Positions 34,990 through 46,088 are shown, counted from the first letter of the stretch. The stretch: 64,000 bases of DNA from Candidatus Aalborgiella aggregata (GCA_016705065.1 JADIYY010000002.1:149545-213544), one strand, 5' to 3'. The notes: generated by a model not told the origin, from the sequence alone. Program-made: numbers and translations.

Positions 34990-35824
34990 ACCAGTGATTC
35001 TATAGAAGTCACCACATCGGAAAGCAGCGGGCGTGACTCGCAAACAACACCAAAACCCACTCGTCTGGCCGCTTCTGCAATGCGCGGGTGTGTCGCAATG
35101 GCTTTGGATTTTGACCAATCGATTTGTTTCGCTGCGTTGTGCAAATTGTCAATCGCCTCAGAACTGCTGAACAACCAAACCGACCCATCGCGGCTGGCTT
35201 CTGCAATCCATGCCATTTGCTCAACAGTAAACACAGGCGCACGTCGCTCGTAACTCACCACCGTGTCAACTTGCACGCCTGCACTTGTGAGCTGGTCTGC
35301 CAACCAAGGACGGCCATTCATTAGGGTTTCATTCTCGACAGAGCTTTGTTGTGTGGTGCCGCGAACGATGAGCACCCGATCGCCCGCTTTGACTTGGCCG
35401 CGCACACGTTCCCACAAAGCTTCAGAATCAAATTGCGCAGCATCATTCGCTGGCGCATCAATCAAATGGGTAGCTATGCCTGCTGCCAACAATGCTTTGG
35501 CGGTACCAGGTCCAGTAGCCCAATAGCGCGGTGTTTCAATTGACTGATCGCTTAATGCTATATTATTGATAGCACTGTAGGCAATATTTACGCCGGCTAC
35601 AGCCTGATTTTTCATATAAAAATGGCGCACAGCGTTGCTGCTGACAAACATGATGGCAGCGTAGTGTGACGCATTGTCTCTGCAACAGCATTTGCGACCA
35701 CTTGAGAGTCTTTTGCAGCAGCAATTTCAATCAATGGCAAGGCGATGGCATCTAAACCTTTGGCTTGCAACTGTGCCACCCAAGTTTGCGCTTCTGCCAG
35801 CGGTCGGGTGACGATGACTTTCAT
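34986..35824 (-). pseudogene. hemD: uroporphyrinogen-III synthase HemD, frame interrupted (N-terminal ORF 35612-35824, C-terminal ORF 34986-35651) and carrying a repeat insertion
   Basis: The N-terminal ORF begins MKVIVTRPLAEAQTW. The C-terminal ORF contains the conserved MFVSSNAVRHF motif. The frames differ by +2/-1 at the cacac (plus-strand gtgtg) site 35664-35668. Confidence 0.8.
35556..35620 (+). repeat. Dispersed hairpin repeat, copy D (in frame inside hemD)
   Basis: tgctatattattgatagcactgtaggcaatatttacgccggctacagcctgatttttcatataaa. It encodes FYMKNQAVAGVNIAYSAINNIALSD. Confidence 0.88.
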
Positions 35825-35851
35825 GCCTATTTTTTCCCTAAACGCCCGGCG

Positions 35852-36829
35852 CTATTCAACTTGCTTGACGGTTTTGCGCGCCCCACGTGCAATCAGCATG
35901 TCTGCAACTTGTGCGCCCATCAGAGCGGCAGCGTCCAATGTGTTGGGTGTATGGCTGGCATCGGCTGTCACCAAACCTTGAATTGGCTTGGTCGCAGGTA
36001 TTTCTTCGGTTGCACCCCAAGCCGCTTGCAATTGCAGTGCTGCGCCTTGCCAAACAGCATGCGCCGCCAATGGCATGGAGCAACTGCCACCTAAAGCGCG
36101 ACTGACGGCGCGCTCTGCGCTCACAGCCATCCAAGTCGGTTGGTGTGCCAAAGGTTCCAAGGCTGCCATTAAATCGACGCGGTTCGCTTTGATTTCAATG
36201 CCCAGTGCGCCCTGCCCTGCGGCAGGTAGCATTTGGTTGGTTTCAAACACCGCTTTGATGCGCGACGCCAAACCCAAACGTTTCAGCCCAGCTGCCGCCA
36301 AAATCATGGCGTCAAACTGTCCTTCGTCGAGCTTGCGCAAGCGGGTGTCTAAATTGCCTCTGAGCGGCACAATGTTGATATCAGGTCGCAAATTTTTCAA
36401 CAACACCACGCGCCGCAAGCTGGATGTGCCCACTGTTGCACCCTGTGGCAAAGCAGCCAAGTTGGCAAAGTGGTTCGACACAAACGCATCGCGTGGGTCT
36501 TCGCGTTCCATCACGCACGCCAGCGCAAAACCTTCTGGCAAATCCATGGGTACGTCTTTGAGTGAATGCACCGCTATGTCGGCACTGCCGTCCATCAGCG
36601 CGTTTTCCAACTCTTTCACAAACAAACCCTTACCACCGACTTTGCTCAGACTGCGGTCTAAGATTTGGTCACCCAATGTCGTCATGCCCAACAGTTTGAC
36701 GCTATGGCCTCTGGCTTCTAGCAGCGCTTTGACATGTTCGGCTTGCCACATCGCCAAACGGCTTTCACGGGTGGCAATGGTGATATGCGATGGGGTAACT
36801 GGGGTGCTATGCATGTTGGTAGTGTTCAA
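35852..36829 (-). CDS. hemC: hydroxymethylbilane synthase (porphobilinogen deaminase)
   Basis: Motifs [27 protein letters not shown] and the C-terminal GGCSMP cofactor cysteine. Confidence 0.96.
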   Translation of the reverse strand: MNTTNMHSTPVTPSHITIATRESRLAMWQAEHVKALLEARGHSVKLLGMTTLGDQILDRSLSKVGGKGLFVKELENALMDGSADIAVHSLKDVPMDLPEGFALACVMEREDPRDAFVSNHFANLAALPQGATVGTSSLRRVVLLKNLRPDINIVPLRGNLDTRLRKLDEGQFDAMILAAAGLKRLGLASRIKAVFETNQMLPAAGQGALGIEIKANRVDLMAALEPLAHQPTWMAVSAERAVSRALGGSCSMPLAAHAVWQGAALQLQAAWGATEEIPATKPIQGLVTADASHTPNTLDAAALMGAQVADMLIARGARKTVKQVE

Positions 36830-36949
36830 GCGTGGATGCGTTTTGGTAAACTAAACGGTCTATCGATACACCCCGTAGTTTAATCGCTACTGCATACTTG
36901 ATTACTTGATTTTCAGCAAACGCATACACCAAGGTCGAATCTCCCAAAC

Positions 36950-39823
36950 ATGTCAAACCCTGCGCCCAACCCAGTCAAAACCAGCACCAAAGCGCAATCT
37001 TTGGCCAAGCAAAAGGCCAATGAACGCCCCTTGGTTGAGGACATTCGTTTGCTGGGTCGCATTTTGGGCGATGTGATACGCGAGCAAGAAGGTGAAGATG
37101 CCTTCAATTTGATTGAAAACATACGCAAATTGTCTGTTGCATTCAGACGTGACGAAGACCACACGGCCGACAAAGCGCTGAAAAAATTGCTGAAAAGTCT
37201 GTCTGCTGACCAAACCGTGAGCGTGATTCGTGCCTTCACCTACTTCAGCCATTTGGCGAATTTGGCAGAAGACCGCCACCACATTCGCCGTCGCGCCATT
37301 CACGAGCGTGCGGGTGACACACAAGAAGGCAGCATCGAAGTGGCCTTGTCGCGCCTGCGCTGGGCCGGCATCACACCCAAAACCATTTCGCAAACCTTGG
37401 CCAAAAGCCATGTTTCACCCGTGCTCACCGCGCACCCCACAGAAGTGCAACGCAAAAGTATTTTGGATGCAGAACGCAGCATTGCCAATTTGCTGACCGC
37501 CCGAGACGATATCAAGGCACGTGCGCTAACAACCAACAATGCCAACGGTGCAGCACCTGCTGCGCGCAAAGATGCCATCACGCCCAAAGAATTGGAAGCC
37601 AATGAAAACCGCTTGCGCGCCCGTGTGATGCAGTTGTGGCAAACCCGCTTGCTGCGCTATTCCAAACTCACCGTGTCTGATGAAGTTGAAAACGCATTGA
37701 GCTATTACGAATCCACCTTTTTGCGCGAAATTCCAAAGCTCTATGCCGAGCTGGAACAACACGTGGGCAAGCACGATGTGCACAGTTTTTTGCGCATGGG
37801 GCAATGGATTGGTGGCGACCGCGACGGCAATCCATTTGTGAGTGCCGAAACCTTGCAATACGCCATGCGTCGCCAGGCCGATATGGTGCTGCGTTTTTAC
37901 CTCACCGAGGTGCATTACTTGGGTACCGAGTTGTCCATGTCATCAATCCTGGTGCCCTTGTCGCAGGAGATGGAAGCATTGGCGAACAAATCGCCCGACA
38001 CCAACGAACACCGCAAAGACGAACCCTATCGCCGCGCGTTGACGGGCATGTACGCACGCTTGGCAGCCAATCTGAAAGAAATGACTGGCGGTGACGCGGC
38101 TCGCCATGCGGTAGCTCCGCAAAATCCGTACGCCACAGCAGAAGAATTTTTAGCTGATTTGCGCGTGATTGAAGCATCACTGCAAAACAACCATGGCGAT
38201 GCATTGACCGAGTTGCGACTGCACCCATTGATTCGAGCAGTTGAGGTGTTTGGCTTTCACCTGGCTACGGTTGATTTGCGCCAAAGCTCTGACAAGCACG
38301 AAGAGGTGGTGGCAGAACTGTTGGCGGTGGCTCAGATTGAACAAAATTACAGCCAATTGCATGAAGATGGTAAACGCGAAGTGCTGCTGTCATGTTTAAA
38401 CGACGCACGCCCATTGCGGGTATTGGACACCGCCTATTCAGCACATACGCAATCGGAACTGGCCATTTTTGAAACAGCCAAAACCATGCGCCAGCGTTTT
38501 GGTGCGCACGCCATCAAGCACTACATCATCAGCCACACCGAAACGGTGAGCGATTTATTGGAAGTGCTGTTACTGCAAAAAGAAGTCGGCTTGATGCATA
38601 GCACTTTGAGCAACAAAGCCAAGCACGATTTGATTGTGGTGCCGTTGTTTGAAACCATTGAAGACCTGCGCAATGCCGCGCCCATCATGCGTGAGTTTTA
38701 TGCCCTACCCGGTATGGCGCAACAAATTCAGCGCGGTGGTGGCGAACAAGACATCATGTTGGGCTATTCCGACAGCAACAAAGACGGTGGCATTTTCACC
38801 AGCAACTGGGAGCTGTACCGCGCCGAGATTGCCTTGGTTGAATTGTTTGATGAACTCGCTGCATCGCACGGCATCACCTTGCGCATGTTCCATGGCCGTG
38901 GCGGCACAGTGGGGCGTGGCGGTGGTCCCAGCTACCAAGCCATACTGGCGCAACCGCCCGGCACCGTGCGCGGCCAAATTCGTTTGACCGAGCAAGGCGA
39001 GGTGATTGGCTCTAAATACGCCAACCCCGAAATTGGCCGTCGCAATTTAGAAACCTTGGTCGCTGCGACCTTGGAAGCCACGCTGTTGCAACCCACCAAG
39101 CAAGCTAGCCAACTGTATTTGGACACCGCAGCCACCTTGTCGCAAAGCAGCATGGACGCCTATCGCAAACTGGTTTACGAGACGCCGGGGTTCAGTGATT
39201 ATTTTTTCCAGTCCACACCGCTGCGCGAAATCGCCGAGCTCAATTTAGGCTCGCGCCCCGCTTCACGCAAAGCCTTGCAAGGTATTGAAGATTTACGCGC
39301 AATACCTTGGGGATTTAGCTGGGGGCAATGTAGATTAACCTTGCCGGGTTGGTATGGTTTTGGCTCTGCGGTGCAGTCATTTTTAAAGAACGAGACAAAA
39401 GGAAGTGACAGCAAAAAACGTTTGGTTTTGCTGCAAAAAATGGTGAAGGATTGGCCTTTCTTTCGCACACTGCTCAGCAACATGGACATGGTGATGGCCA
39501 AGAGCGATTTGGCGTTGGCTGCGCTGTATGCCGAATTGGTGACCGACACGCGTTTGCGCAAAAAGATTTTTGGATTGATAGATGCTGAATGGCATTTGAC
39601 CATGCACGCACTGGAAATCATCACCGGCGAGAAGCAACGACTGGCCAATAACGCCGCCTTGCAACGCTCGATCAAACACCGATTCCCCTACATCGATCCT
39701 TTACACCATTTGCAAGTGGAGCTGATACGCCGCTACCGTGATGGCAAAACCGATGAGCGCGTGCAACGCGGTATTCACATTTCCATCAACGGCATTGCGG
39801 CTGGCCTGCGCAACACGGGCTAG
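36950..39823 (+). CDS. ppc: phosphoenolpyruvate carboxylase
   Basis: 957 aa. Motifs [32 protein letters not shown] and the C-terminal AAGLRNTG. Confidence 0.97.
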   Translation: MSNPAPNPVKTSTKAQSLAKQKANERPLVEDIRLLGRILGDVIREQEGEDAFNLIENIRKLSVAFRRDEDHTADKALKKLLKSLSADQTVSVIRAFTYFSHLANLAEDRHHIRRRAIHERAGDTQEGSIEVALSRLRWAGITPKTISQTLAKSHVSPVLTAHPTEVQRKSILDAERSIANLLTARDDIKARALTTNNANGAAPAARKDAITPKELEANENRLRARVMQLWQTRLLRYSKLTVSDEVENALSYYESTFLREIPKLYAELEQHVGKHDVHSFLRMGQWIGGDRDGNPFVSAETLQYAMRRQADMVLRFYLTEVHYLGTELSMSSILVPLSQEMEALANKSPDTNEHRKDEPYRRALTGMYARLAANLKEMTGGDAARHAVAPQNPYATAEEFLADLRVIEASLQNNHGDALTELRLHPLIRAVEVFGFHLATVDLRQSSDKHEEVVAELLAVAQIEQNYSQLHEDGKREVLLSCLNDARPLRVLDTAYSAHTQSELAIFETAKTMRQRFGAHAIKHYIISHTETVSDLLEVLLLQKEVGLMHSTLSNKAKHDLIVVPLFETIEDLRNAAPIMREFYALPGMAQQIQRGGGEQDIMLGYSDSNKDGGIFTSNWELYRAEIALVELFDELAASHGITLRMFHGRGGTVGRGGGPSYQAILAQPPGTVRGQIRLTEQGEVIGSKYANPEIGRRNLETLVAATLEATLLQPTKQASQLYLDTAATLSQSSMDAYRKLVYETPGFSDYFFQSTPLREIAELNLGSRPASRKALQGIEDLRAIPWGFSWGQCRLTLPGWYGFGSAVQSFLKNETKGSDSKKRLVLLQKMVKDWPFFRTLLSNMDMVMAKSDLALAALYAELVTDTRLRKKIFGLIDAEWHLTMHALEIITGEKQRLANNAALQRSIKHRFPYIDPLHHLQVELIRRYRDGKTDERVQRGIHISINGIAAGLRNTG

Positions 39824-39824
39824 C

Positions 39825-41045
39825 GTGAACACCAATACCTATCATTTCGATGTCGTCATCATTGGCGCGGGCGCAGCAGGCTTGTTTTGTGCGGGCGTGG
39901 CAGGGCAATTGGGTCAGAAAGTTTTAGTCCTGGACCACAGCGACAAAGTGGCCGAAAAAATTCGCATTTCTGGCGGTGGCCGTGCCAATTTCACCAACAA
40001 AGATGTATCACCTGCTAACTTCTTAAGCAATAACCCGCATTTTTGCCGCAGCGCCTTAAGCCGTTACACAGCGCGTGACTTCATTGCGCTGATGTACAAG
40101 CACAACATTGCTCACCACGAGAAGCACAAAGGGCAATTGTTTTGCGACCATTCTGCGCAAGATTTGATTGACATGCTGTTGAAGGAGTGTGAAGTGGGTG
40201 GTGTCACACGCTGGCAGCCCTGCAAGATTAAACACATCGAATTCGGCGGGGACTATCAAATACAGACAAATACCGGCTGTATCCATACCCCCAGACTGGT
40301 GGTGGCAACCGGTGGTTTGTCCATACCCAAAATTGGTGCCACGGATTTTGGCTACAAATTGGCCCAGCAATTCGGTTTGCGTGTGATCGAGACACGTCCA
40401 GGTTTGGTGCCTTTGACCTTTGACAGCGCAGATTGGGCGCCTTTTGTTGATTTGGCAGGTTTATCGCTGCCGGTGCTGATTGAAACGGGCGAGAAAAAAT
40501 CCAAAATCAGTTTCAATGAAGATTTGCTCTTCACGCACCGTGGTTTGAGCGGCCCCGCCATTTTACAAATATCCAGCTATTGGCGCGAAAAGACGACAAT
40601 TAAGATCAATTTGGTGCCAAATGCTGATATTTCAGCATTTTTAGCAAATATTAAAATCACTTCGCGCAAACTACTGGTCAACGATTTGTCAACTATCATG
40701 CCAGCTCGTTTGGCAGAAGCCTGGGTAAAAACCGACCCTGCATTGCAGCGCCCAGCGTGCGATGTGCCTGATAAAGCACTGGCACAGCTGGCCAATCGAC
40801 TGACCAATTGGGAAATCACCCCCAGCGGCACCGAAGGCTACAAAAAAGCCGAAGTCACCTTGGGCGGCATCGACACCCGCGATGTGTCCTCGCAAACCAT
40901 GGAATCCAAACAGCCGGGTTTGTACTTTATTGGCGAGGTGCTGGACGTAACCGGCTGGCTGGGTGGCTACAACTTTCAGTGGGCATGGGCCAGTGCTTTT
41001 GCCTGCGCCCAAGCTATGGCACAAGCGCCGAAAAAGCAGGTATAA
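39825..41045 (+). CDS. NAD(P)/FAD-dependent oxidoreductase, HI0933/YhiN/BaiN family
   Basis: Motifs [17 protein letters not shown] and [11 protein letters not shown] place the start at GTG 39825, just after the ppc stop, rather than at the overlapping ATG 39738. Confidence 0.85.
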   Translation: MNTNTYHFDVVIIGAGAAGLFCAGVAGQLGQKVLVLDHSDKVAEKIRISGGGRANFTNKDVSPANFLSNNPHFCRSALSRYTARDFIALMYKHNIAHHEKHKGQLFCDHSAQDLIDMLLKECEVGGVTRWQPCKIKHIEFGGDYQIQTNTGCIHTPRLVVATGGLSIPKIGATDFGYKLAQQFGLRVIETRPGLVPLTFDSADWAPFVDLAGLSLPVLIETGEKKSKISFNEDLLFTHRGLSGPAILQISSYWREKTTIKINLVPNADISAFLANIKITSRKLLVNDLSTIMPARLAEAWVKTDPALQRPACDVPDKALAQLANRLTNWEITPSGTEGYKKAEVTLGGIDTRDVSSQTMESKQPGLYFIGEVLDVTGWLGGYNFQWAWASAFACAQAMAQAPKKQV

Positions 41046-41155
41046 TTCCACCTTTCACCGCTTGGTGTACCCATAGGCCATTGTCTTGTACATCAACAAA
41101 ATACCCGCGCAGGGTCACGATCTTCCCGGCGCACTATTTCGGAATTTATTGTTTC

Positions 41156-41368
41156 ATGACCACTATTCGTTTAAAAGAGAATGAACCGTTTGACGTAGCT
41201 TTGCGTCGCTTTAAGCGCCAAATTGAAAAATTGGGCTTGTTGACTGATTTGCGTGCTCGTGAGTTTTACGAAAAACCAACGACTGAGCGCAAACGCAAAA
41301 AATCTGCAGCTGTGAAGCGCAACTACAAACGCATTCGTGCGATGCAGTTGCCGAAAAAGATGTACTAA
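41156..41368 (+). CDS. rpsU: 30S ribosomal protein S21
   Basis: 70-aa protein [29 protein letters not shown]... Confidence 0.95.
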   Translation: MTTIRLKENEPFDVALRRFKRQIEKLGLLTDLRAREFYEKPTTERKRKKSAAVKRNYKRIRAMQLPKKMY

Positions 41369-41389
41369 GCATCTTTTTTCCACACAAAC

Positions 41390-41424
41390 AAAGCCCGCAC
41401 GATATATTCTGCGGGCTTTTTTTA
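41390..41424 (+). terminator. Rho-independent terminator after rpsU
   Basis: aAGCCCGCAcgatatattcTGCGGGCTttttttt. Confidence 0.8.
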
Positions 41425-41483
41425 TTGATCTTTAACCAACCCTGTCGCTAACTATCGCCAACATCACCAAAAAGGTATCCCCA

Positions 41484-41930
41484 ATGTCACTCAAACTCCA
41501 AATCACTGAAGACATGAAAACCGCCATGCGTGCCAAAGAAACTGAGCGTTTGGGCACAATTCGCTTATTGCTGTCCGCCATGAAACAAAAAGAAGTAGAC
41601 GAGCGCGTGGAATTGGACGATGTGATGGTGATTGCCATCATCGACAAAATGATCAAGCAGCGCAAAGACAGCATTGATGCCTTCACCAAAGCCGACCGCA
41701 AAGACATGGCCGACAAAGAAGCGGCTGAAATTGTGGTGCTACAAGGCTATTTGCCTGCACGCATGAGCAGCGATGAAGTGTTGGTTGCCGTCAAAGCTAT
41801 TGTTGCCTCTTTGAACGCATCAGGTCCAGGCGACATGGGCAAGGTGATGGGTGCAGCCAAAGCGCAATTGGCTGGCAAGGCTGATATGGGACAAGTATCA
41901 CAAGCGGTGAAAGCTGCCTTGGCTGGTTAA
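41484..41930 (+). CDS. GatB/YqeY domain-containing protein
   Basis: 148 aa. MSLKLQITEDMKTAMRAKE...LGTIRLLLSAMKQKEVDE is typical of the YqeY family, which commonly follows rpsU. Confidence 0.88.
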   Translation: MSLKLQITEDMKTAMRAKETERLGTIRLLLSAMKQKEVDERVELDDVMVIAIIDKMIKQRKDSIDAFTKADRKDMADKEAAEIVVLQGYLPARMSSDEVLVAVKAIVASLNASGPGDMGKVMGAAKAQLAGKADMGQVSQAVKAALAG

Positions 41931-41948
41931 TCAGGCAACATAAGTGGG

Positions 41949-42470
41949 CTAATCATCTTCCCCTGCACTGGCCACCACTTTATGAATCACCTCTGCGCCA
42001 AATCCACGGCTGAGTAAAAAGCGTATTTGCTTGGCACGCTCCTTGGCACTTTCCTTCGCATCTGCGGGTGAGCTTTGCGTTGGCGTGCCAAATTTTTTGC
42101 GCCACACCTCACGTGCTCTTTCCAGTTCTGTGCTTTTGAGCAAATCGACAGCATCCAAGACAGCGCCAGCATCCAAGCCTTTGCTTTGCAATTCTTGCTT
42201 GATGCGCGCCGTGCCCAGCTTGGCACTTCTGCGGTGCAAAACCGAATCCACCACGCGCTGCTCGTTGATGAAATCTTTGGCTTGCAACTCGTCCAAGGCT
42301 TTGTCCAATTCGCCAGGCGATGCTTCAAAGGGTTTGAGCTTTTTCACCAACTCGGCGCGCGAGTATTCGCGCCCACTCAAAAGCCGCAAGGCGCGGCCTT
42401 TGAGTGAAACGGTAAAACCTATAGGTGTATGTTTTGTTTTTTCCGTTGCATTATTTGCTATATTATTCAT
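41949..42470 (-). CDS. recX: recombination regulator RecX
   Basis: Downstream of recA. SLKGRALRLLSGREYSRAELVKKL matches the RecX helical repeat. The ATG lies inside repeat copy E, so the start is uncertain. Confidence 0.85.
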   Translation of the reverse strand: MNNIANNATEKTKHTPIGFTVSLKGRALRLLSGREYSRAELVKKLKPFEASPGELDKALDELQAKDFINEQRVVDSVLHRRSAKLGTARIKQELQSKGLDAGAVLDAVDLLKSTELERAREVWRKKFGTPTQSSPADAKESAKERAKQIRFLLSRGFGAEVIHKVVASAGEDD

Positions 42471-42520
42471 AGCAAGCTAGGCAATTAATACACCAGATAC
42501 AGGCCAATTTTTCATATAAA
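42456..42520 (+). repeat. Dispersed hairpin repeat, copy E (recA-recX spacer, overlapping the recX start)
   Basis: tgctatattattcatagcaagctaggcaattaatacaccagatacaggccaatttttcatataaa. Confidence 0.88.
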
Positions 42521-42535
42521 ACACCTGTTCAATCC

Positions 42536-43651
42536 TTAATCACGGCTCTTTTTTGGCTTTTTCTCTTCTGCGGGTGTACCCGACATGACCGATGCAATGT
42601 CTGATGCACCGCTGATCAATGGAATACCCAAAGATTCGCGCACTTTGTTTTCAATTTCTATCGCCAAATCTGGGTTTTCTTTCAAAAACTCGCGTGCGTT
42701 GTCGCGGCCTTGGCCAATTTTCTCACCCTTGAACGCGTACCATGCACCTGATTTTTCAACCACATTCGTTGTCACGCCCAAATCAATCACCTCACCCAAG
42801 CGGCTGATGCCTTGACCAAACAGAATGTCAAACTCGGCGGTTTTGAAGGGTGGCGACACTTTGTTTTTCACCACTTTCACTTTTGTTTCGTTGCCAATCG
42901 CATCGTCGCCTTTTTTGATGGTGCCGGTGCGGCGAATGTCCAAGCGCACCGAGGCGTAGAACTTCAGCGCATTGCCACCAGTGGTGGTTTCTGGGCTGCC
43001 AAACATGACGCCAATTTTCATGCGGATTTGGTTGATGAAAATGACCATGCAATTGGCTTTCTTGATGTGCGCGGTGAGCTTGCGCAAGGCTTGGCTCATC
43101 AAACGGGCTTGCAAGCCAGGCAAGCTATCACCCATCTCGCCTTCCAATTCGGCTTTGGGTGTCAAAGCGGCCACCGAGTCCACCACAATCAAATCCACTG
43201 CGCCCGAGCGCACCAAGCTGTCCACAATTTCCAGGGCTTGCTCACCCGTGTCGGGTTGGCTGATCAACATATCTTGCAAATTCACACCCAGGTTTTGCGC
43301 GTATTGCGTGTCCAAAGCATGTTCAGCGTCCACAAACGCACAGGTGCCGCCCAGCTTTTGCATTTCGGCAATGACCTGTAGTGTCAAGGTGGTTTTGCCG
43401 GAGCTTTCAGGCCCGTAAATTTCAATCACGCGACCGCGTGGCAAGCCACCTACGCCCAACGCGATATCCAAACCCAAAGAGCCGGTAGAGACGACTTGAA
43501 TGTCCTCAATCACTTCGCCCTCGCCCAAGCGCATGATCGTGCCTTTGCCAAATTGCTTTTCAATTTGCGCCAGCGCCGCTTGCAGGGCTTTGGCCTTTTC
43601 TGCGGTGGCTGCGGTGTTTTGTGTGGATGCGGGTTTCACGAGCATGTCCAT
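42536..43651 (-). CDS. recA: recombinase RecA
   Basis: Motifs [12 protein letters not shown] and [21 protein letters not shown]. Length is 371 aa. Confidence 0.98.
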   Translation of the reverse strand: MDMLVKPASTQNTAATAEKAKALQAALAQIEKQFGKGTIMRLGEGEVIEDIQVVSTGSLGLDIALGVGGLPRGRVIEIYGPESSGKTTLTLQVIAEMQKLGGTCAFVDAEHALDTQYAQNLGVNLQDMLISQPDTGEQALEIVDSLVRSGAVDLIVVDSVAALTPKAELEGEMGDSLPGLQARLMSQALRKLTAHIKKANCMVIFINQIRMKIGVMFGSPETTTGGNALKFYASVRLDIRRTGTIKKGDDAIGNETKVKVVKNKVSPPFKTAEFDILFGQGISRLGEVIDLGVTTNVVEKSGAWYAFKGEKIGQGRDNAREFLKENPDLAIEIENKVRESLGIPLISGASDIASVMSGTPAEEKKPKKSRD

Positions 43652-43712
43652 GGTATTTTCCTTTTAAATCAGTTGTTTACAAACTTTTAACTCTATCAAC
43701 ACCCATCATTAA

Positions 43713-43728
43713 CTGGATGCTTGAACAG
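43713..43728 (-). promoter_or_regulatory. Candidate LexA (SOS) box upstream of recA, one mismatch to CTGT-N8-ACAG
   Basis: CTGGatgcttgaACAG lies about 62-77 nt upstream of the recA ATG. The first half-site reads CTGG rather than CTGT. Confidence 0.35.
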
Positions 43729-43766
43729 TAGTGTACACGACTGTATAAATAAATAAACACTATTTT

Positions 43767-43785
43767 TAGTCAGTTTACTTGACTA
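43767..43785. promoter_or_regulatory. Perfect 6-bp inverted repeat (TAGTCA-N7-TGACTA), candidate MarR-type operator
   Basis: It lies about 40 nt upstream of the marR-family gene start, next to a TATAAT hexamer (43786-43791). Confidence 0.35.
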
Positions 43786-43823
43786 TATAATTACCATCAA
43801 ATGACCGCATTCACAACCCACTT

Positions 43824-44333
43824 ATGGCAAAAAAAACACAAGATAAATCCACTTTTCATCCCAGTCAATTGGGCTGGCGGCAAACGCATTTGGGCCGATT
43901 GCTAGGGCACGCTTTGCGTCGGTTTGACGAACGTGTTTTAACCCTGATGGCGCACAACATGGATGTGCCCTTGGCCTTGTCCAATTTGGCCGCGCGCGGG
44001 CAAGTGAGCGCCGCACACATCCACATCACGCGGCATTTGCCACTGGAAGGCGCGCGCTTGTCAGACTTGGCACACAGCGCGGGCATGAGCAAACAAGCCA
44101 TGGGTGATTTGGTGACGCAGTGCGACGCGTGGGGCTTGGTGACACGGTCGCCTGATGTGGTGGACAGCCGCGCTCGCATTGTCAAATTCACTGCACTGGG
44201 TTTGGATTGGTTGGCAGCATTTGAAAATGCGGTGCGACAAGCCGAGGAAGAATTCAAAATTTCCGTGGGCAAAGACATTGCTACAGTGGTAGCAATGGGT
44301 TTGGAAGCTTACGCAAGTGAATACGGACAGTGA
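43824..44333 (+). CDS. MarR family transcriptional regulator
   Basis: 169 aa. Winged-helix region LSDLAHSAGMSKQAMGDLVTQCDAWGLVTRSPDVVDSRARIVKFT. Confidence 0.8.
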   Translation: MAKKTQDKSTFHPSQLGWRQTHLGRLLGHALRRFDERVLTLMAHNMDVPLALSNLAARGQVSAAHIHITRHLPLEGARLSDLAHSAGMSKQAMGDLVTQCDAWGLVTRSPDVVDSRARIVKFTALGLDWLAAFENAVRQAEEEFKISVGKDIATVVAMGLEAYASEYGQ

Positions 44334-44403
44334 ACAGTGTCTATGAATAATCCACGCGTCACGCTCTACAATCAAAGCCACTCCAAATAATTGATTCGCT
44401 CAC

Positions 44404-45171
44404 ATGAAAATCCTGATTTGCAATGACGATGGCTACCAAGCGCCCGGTATTGTGTCGCTGTATGACGCCCTCAAATCCGTAGCTGATGTGGAGGTGATAG
44501 CGCCACAGCGCAACAACAGCGCCAAATCCAATGCACTGACTTTGCATGAGCCCCTGTATGTCGAGCAAGCGAGCAATGGTTTCAGGTACGTGACAGGCAC
44601 GCCCGCCGATTGCATGCACCTGGCGCTGAAAGGTTTGTTGGACTACAAACCCGATTTGGTGGTTTCAGGTATTAACAATGGTGCTAATTTGGGCGACGAT
44701 ACCATTTACTCTGGTACGGTAGGCGCAGCGATGGAAGCCTATTTGTTTGGCATTCCCGCCATTGCATTTTCACAAGTGAAAAAAGGCTGGGACCATTTGG
44801 ATGCAGCGGCGCTCAAAGCGCGCGATTTGGTGGTGCAAGTTTTGCATCAAATTGAAAACACAGCCCATCCTTTTGCACCTTGCTTGTTGAATGTCAATAT
44901 TCCGAACTTGCCCTACGCCGACATCAAACCTATGCAAGTGTGCCGCTTGGGCACTCGCCACACATCTGAAAGCGTCATCACGCAAACCAGCCCATTCGGC
45001 AGAACCATGTACTGGATAGCCGGTTCAGGCCCTGCCAAAGACGCATCTATCGGCACGGACTTTCATGCCATTGCCCAGGGGCATATCTCTGTGACGCCGC
45101 TCAATACTGATTTAAGTAATCATGCTACGCTGTCACACTGGCAAACAATATTGCAAAAAAATACTGCATAA
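44404..45171 (+). CDS. surE: 5'/3'-nucleotidase SurE
   Basis: Motifs MKILICNDDGYQAPGI, SGINNGANLGDDTIYSGTVGAAMEA. Synteny is surE-pcm-nlpD. Confidence 0.95.
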   Translation: MKILICNDDGYQAPGIVSLYDALKSVADVEVIAPQRNNSAKSNALTLHEPLYVEQASNGFRYVTGTPADCMHLALKGLLDYKPDLVVSGINNGANLGDDTIYSGTVGAAMEAYLFGIPAIAFSQVKKGWDHLDAAALKARDLVVQVLHQIENTAHPFAPCLLNVNIPNLPYADIKPMQVCRLGTRHTSESVITQTSPFGRTMYWIAGSGPAKDASIGTDFHAIAQGHISVTPLNTDLSNHATLSHWQTILQKNTA

Positions 45172-45198
45172 ATAGGCCATAAACAAAATTCTGCTAAC

Positions 45199-46074
45199 GT
45201 GAACTCGCCTAAAAACAGCCTGCGCAAACCCACCTTTCCAGCCACATTGGATTTGAGCTTAGGCCGTGGTGCGGCGAATGGTTTGGGCGTACCCAACACC
45301 GTGACACGCATACTTCCTAAAAAGCCAGCTGCAACTGCTGCTGTCAATTCTGTTCTAAAAACATTGCCGACCAAAACAGCGCCTGTCCAAACATCTGGCT
45401 TGGGTTTAGATTCCAGCAAGGTGCGAGCCACCATGGTTCGAAAATTGGAAGCGCAAGGCATTCAAGATGTGCGTGTATTGACCGCCATGAACACCGTGCC
45501 GCGGCACCAATATGTCGATACCGCACTGGCGAACCAAGCGTATGAAGACACCAGCTTGCCCATTGGCTGGGGTCAAACCATTTCCAAACCCAATGTGGTG
45601 GCACGCATGATGTCGCTGCTGTTTGAAAATAAAACCGCGCCCTATGGCCGCGTGCTGGAAATTGGCACTGGCTGCGGCTACCAAGCGGCATTGCTCAGCC
45701 AAATGGCCAACGAGGTTTACAGCATTGAACGCATTCGCGGTTTGTATGAAAAGGCGCAAGCCAATGTCCGTCCGTTTGCCATTGCCAATTTGCGCTTGCT
45801 ATTGGGCGATGGCATGTTGGGCTACCCCAAAGGTGCGCCCTACTTCGGCATCATTGCAGCGGCAGGAGGGGACGCCATTCCACAATCATGGATTGACCAA
45901 TTGGCAGTAGGCGGGCGCATTGTGGCGCCGGTTGAGAACAATCGTTTACAAAACAAGCCGTCAAACGGCACAAATGAGCAATCTTTGGTGGTTATTGATA
46001 AATCTGCCACAGGAATCAAACGCACTGTCTTGGAGTTGGTTCAGTTTGTGCCCTTAAAATCAGGTATTGGCTAA
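45199..46074 (+). CDS. pcm: protein-L-isoaspartate O-methyltransferase (with N-terminal extension)
   Basis: Motifs VLEIGTGCGYQAALL and TISKPNVVARM. The N-terminal ~80-aa low-complexity extension makes the start uncertain. Confidence 0.88.
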   Translation: MNSPKNSLRKPTFPATLDLSLGRGAANGLGVPNTVTRILPKKPAATAAVNSVLKTLPTKTAPVQTSGLGLDSSKVRATMVRKLEAQGIQDVRVLTAMNTVPRHQYVDTALANQAYEDTSLPIGWGQTISKPNVVARMMSLLFENKTAPYGRVLEIGTGCGYQAALLSQMANEVYSIERIRGLYEKAQANVRPFAIANLRLLLGDGMLGYPKGAPYFGIIAAAGGDAIPQSWIDQLAVGGRIVAPVENNRLQNKPSNGTNEQSLVVIDKSATGIKRTVLELVQFVPLKSGIG

Positions 46075-46088
46075 ACAAAAGGGATCGC

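Noticed and set aside
39738-39824. An upstream ATG start for the YhiN/BaiN-family oxidoreductase that overlaps the ppc 3' end by 86 nt.
   Set aside because: The conserved Rossmann N-terminus begins right after GTG 39825, one nucleotide past the ppc stop. The upstream extension is out-of-frame ppc sequence.
43724-43745. ACAG-N12-CTGT (acagtagtgtacacgactgt) upstream of recA, considered as a LexA box.
   Set aside because: The half-site order and spacing are wrong for the CTGT-N8-ACAG consensus on either strand.
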